DNA of 18,188 nucleotides from an uncultured delta proteobacterium (GTDB taxonomy: Bacteria > Desulfobacterota > Binatia > UBA9968), in assembly GCA_963755715.1 (NCBI GenBank), contig CAVWLW010000040.1:1-18188 (forward strand). The letters run 5' to 3'. Position 1 is the first letter of the stretch; every line of letters begins with the position of its first letter. The notes under the pieces are model-generated. The model saw nothing but the letters and a program-made list of their open reading frames with translations, was not told the origin of the DNA and did not search any database. Of the stretch, positions 15,939-18,188 are shown piece by piece. The translations under genes and the position numbers were made by a program.

Positions 15939-16054
15939 ATTTTTTCCGCTCGCTTTCTTAGCTTATTAAACGCTCGAATATCCTAGTCGCGAAATCTTAT
16001 CAAGCAGCAGCAAGGCAGACGGCAGTAACTTAGTGATTCGAGGGCCCTGCTAGG

Positions 16055-16066
16055 ATCAACGTTGAT
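16055..16066. promoter_or_regulatory. Perfect 12-bp palindrome, possible operator
   Basis: ATCAACGTTGAT, flanked by TGCT...AGCA, about 117 nt upstream of the isomerase-like gene. Confidence 0.3.
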
Positions 16067-16122
16067 AGCAAGATTAAAAACCTGTCCGCATGACCTACTA
16101 TGTACCCGTGATCGTGTGAGCG

Positions 16123-17688
16123 CTACTTGCCGATCGCTCCGAGAATCGTGCCGCGTTCATCTTTGGGCGGGAAGTTCGGGCCGCGAAGCTGAGCCATCGT
16201 CATCTTGTTGACGTGGTCGATGATCGAAGCGAACGCGCGGATCGACCGGCTCATGCCTTCGGCCGGAACCAGCTCGGGGGTGTCGAGGCTGGTGTGATAG
16301 ACGACGTGGTTGATGATGTGGAAAGACGGCGCGTAGTTGCCGTTCTTCGGGCCGTCCTCGACGCCGTAGACCGACACGCCGAAGTCGCGTAGCTGCTCGA
16401 AGGCCATCCGCTCGAATTCAGCGCTGCCCAAGGCGTTCCAACGCGCGGAGCTCATCTGATTTGTTGCCGTCAGATTGGAATTATACATGTAGAGGAGCGT
16501 CTCGGAGGGATGCTCCATGGTGAGTTTCAGCGCGACCTTGCTCCAGTTGTAGGTGGCGTCGATGCCGACGTCCTTGCGGCCGCGGGCAACTTCGCCGTGG
16601 TGATGATCCGGGAATTGAATGAACACCATGGTACGCGGACGCTGGGCCTGCGGTATGGCGGCGTAGTGGCGCGCCAGTTCCAAGGTGCCGGCCATGCCTG
16701 AATTGTTGTCCGTCGCCGCCTGGAAGTACCCGTCCGTGTGGGTCATGACTACGATCTGCTCGTCCGACGCGCCTGGCAGAGTAGCCATCGTCCACGCCGT
16801 CTCGACATTGGTCACTTCCGGCGCGTTGAGTTGCAGCGTGACGGTAACTTTTTCGCCGGCGCCGAGCCGGTCGCGCAGCGCAAAGCCCTCGTCCTGGCTG
16901 ACGGTCATTTGCGGAATGTTGCGTAGTCCGCCTTCGGGTTGGAACTGACCGTTGCCGGGAACCGCCATGACATTGATGACAACGGCCGCGCCGAGCTTCT
17001 GCGCCCGCGCATTGGCGTTGAACAGGCCGGCACGATCGGAAGCCGAATGACTGCGGCCGCCGGGAACGAAGGTGCTGTAGATAATAACGGCCTTGCCCTT
17101 GACGTCGCGACCGAGAAAATCCGGCTCAGCGCCGACGCCGACCCAGATCGCTTCCGCAGTGATACCGTCTGACCCCGTGCCCTTGGTGCCGGAAACTGGG
17201 AAGGCAGTGACAAGTTCGATCTTGCTACCGTTCGATGTCGTATAGCTAGCGTTCCAGCTTTGCGGACGCCAATCTTTGGGCAGCACGTATGGAAACGACT
17301 CGACCTTCAAACCTAGCCGCGCGAATTCATCGGTCATATACTTCATGCCGGCCTTGTCAGCGTCAGTTCCAGGGAAGCGCCCCCACCACTGCTTGTTGAC
17401 AGTGTCGCGGTAACGCAGCGCGATCTGCGACAGCGCGATCACGTCCTTTTTCATGCGCGCGCCGTCAATATCTCTATAAGCTTCCTGCCCGGGCTTCAGC
17501 GGGAATACCGGATAGTCCTTGTCGGAAAACAGCTGCGACGCATGATCCCGCGGCAGACCGATGCCGAATGTCTTCTCGGTCTTGGGTCCATGATCCATCT
17601 GAGCCATGGCCGCGCTGCTAACTAAAATGCTGATCGTCACGGCAATATGAATTACGACTGCCCGCCTCGAAATCGATCGTATCTTCAT
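16123..17688 (-). CDS. Secreted M28-family metallopeptidase-like protein with PA domain
   Basis: Signal peptide (...SSAAMA); GR.PGT, PA insert (DVKGKAVII...GAAVVI), HTDG, ATDNNSG, RT..FI and YHTSLD motifs. RBS GGGAG. Confidence 0.85.
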   Translation of the reverse strand: MKIRSISRRAVVIHIAVTISILVSSAAMAQMDHGPKTEKTFGIGLPRDHASQLFSDKDYPVFPLKPGQEAYRDIDGARMKKDVIALSQIALRYRDTVNKQWWGRFPGTDADKAGMKYMTDEFARLGLKVESFPYVLPKDWRPQSWNASYTTSNGSKIELVTAFPVSGTKGTGSDGITAEAIWVGVGAEPDFLGRDVKGKAVIIYSTFVPGGRSHSASDRAGLFNANARAQKLGAAVVINVMAVPGNGQFQPEGGLRNIPQMTVSQDEGFALRDRLGAGEKVTVTLQLNAPEVTNVETAWTMATLPGASDEQIVVMTHTDGYFQAATDNNSGMAGTLELARHYAAIPQAQRPRTMVFIQFPDHHHGEVARGRKDVGIDATYNWSKVALKLTMEHPSETLLYMYNSNLTATNQMSSARWNALGSAEFERMAFEQLRDFGVSVYGVEDGPKNGNYAPSFHIINHVVYHTSLDTPELVPAEGMSRSIRAFASIIDHVNKMTMAQLRGPNFPPKDERGTILGAIGK

Positions 17689-17845
17689 TTAATTCTCCCT
17701 CAAGCGATGGTTTGAAGCTGGAGGCATCCTGCACGGGACGCTGGTAAGTGATAAACTCTTGGGCAGGCCTAATGCAAATCCAAAGGAGCGTGCTTGCCTA
17801 GCTGAATGAGTGTTGTCTCTAGCCCTGGTTATCTGCAAGTTCTAG

Positions 17846-18006
17846 GACCTGGTTGCTAAGCCGTATCCTTCCCCAAGAGCGTCAAGCCAATTCTCGACTG
17901 GTCAAAATACCCTAAAGCAAAGACCGCTGACCCGAAACAATTTGTCGACTACAGCTTCATCGAAAAGTTAGATCGACAAGGGTTTATCGGTTCACTCCAT
18001 GGATAA
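17846..18006 (+). pseudogene. C-terminal remnant of a NitT/TauT-type ABC substrate-binding protein
   Basis: DLVAKPYPSP, then a frameshift at about 17879, then VKPILDWSKYPKAKTADPKQFVDYSFIEKLDRQGFIGSLHG*. An in-frame TAG lies at 17843-17845 and there is no start codon. Confidence 0.65.
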
Positions 18007-18188
18007 AGCCGAGGGCATAGCCCACGATCCGATCGCAAGAACCAAGACCTGACTGTCGCCCTTCACGGCTCAAAATCCGACGCTGACAGTAAGAATAGAG
18101 ACCCCGGCCCAACAGCAAGGGTGCGGAAAACCGCTTGCTTCGCTATGGCGGTTGAAATAAATTGCACGACAGTTGGCAAACAACCTCG

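Overview
GC-rich bacterial chromosomal segment. Gene content and repeat style resemble Candidatus Binatia/Deltaproteobacteria-type genomes (inference only). It holds about 15 genes, almost all on the minus strand. In order: the 3' end of a YbhB/YbcL (PEBP) gene; a signal-peptide-bearing SAM methyltransferase; a frameshifted MFS transporter; a zinc-ribbon/TM/coiled-coil/SH3 protein; an ornithine cyclodeaminase-family gene; a secreted alpha/beta hydrolase; two tandem lipoprotein methyltransferase-fold paralogues; a GT-C-like membrane protein; a membrane-fused spermidine-synthase-like protein with two frameshifts; a NitT/TauT ABC ATPase; a UbiD-family decarboxylase; an ABC substrate-binding protein; a cysteine-free maleate isomerase/AMDase-like protein; and an M28/PA peptidase with a His-rich non-canonical site. 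The intergenic DNA contains three decayed gene 3' ends (a third methyltransferase copy, an ATPase/TPR tail, an SBP tail), a nested palindromic repeat and short 7-8 bp tandem arrays. The most notable observations are (i) a concentration of apparently exported SAM-fold proteins beside membrane-modifying enzymes, (ii) a UbiD plus Cys-less racemase-fold cluster, and (iii) a cassette bracketed by duplicated methyltransferase 3' ends. No rRNA, tRNA, CRISPR array, transposase or integrase was recognised.
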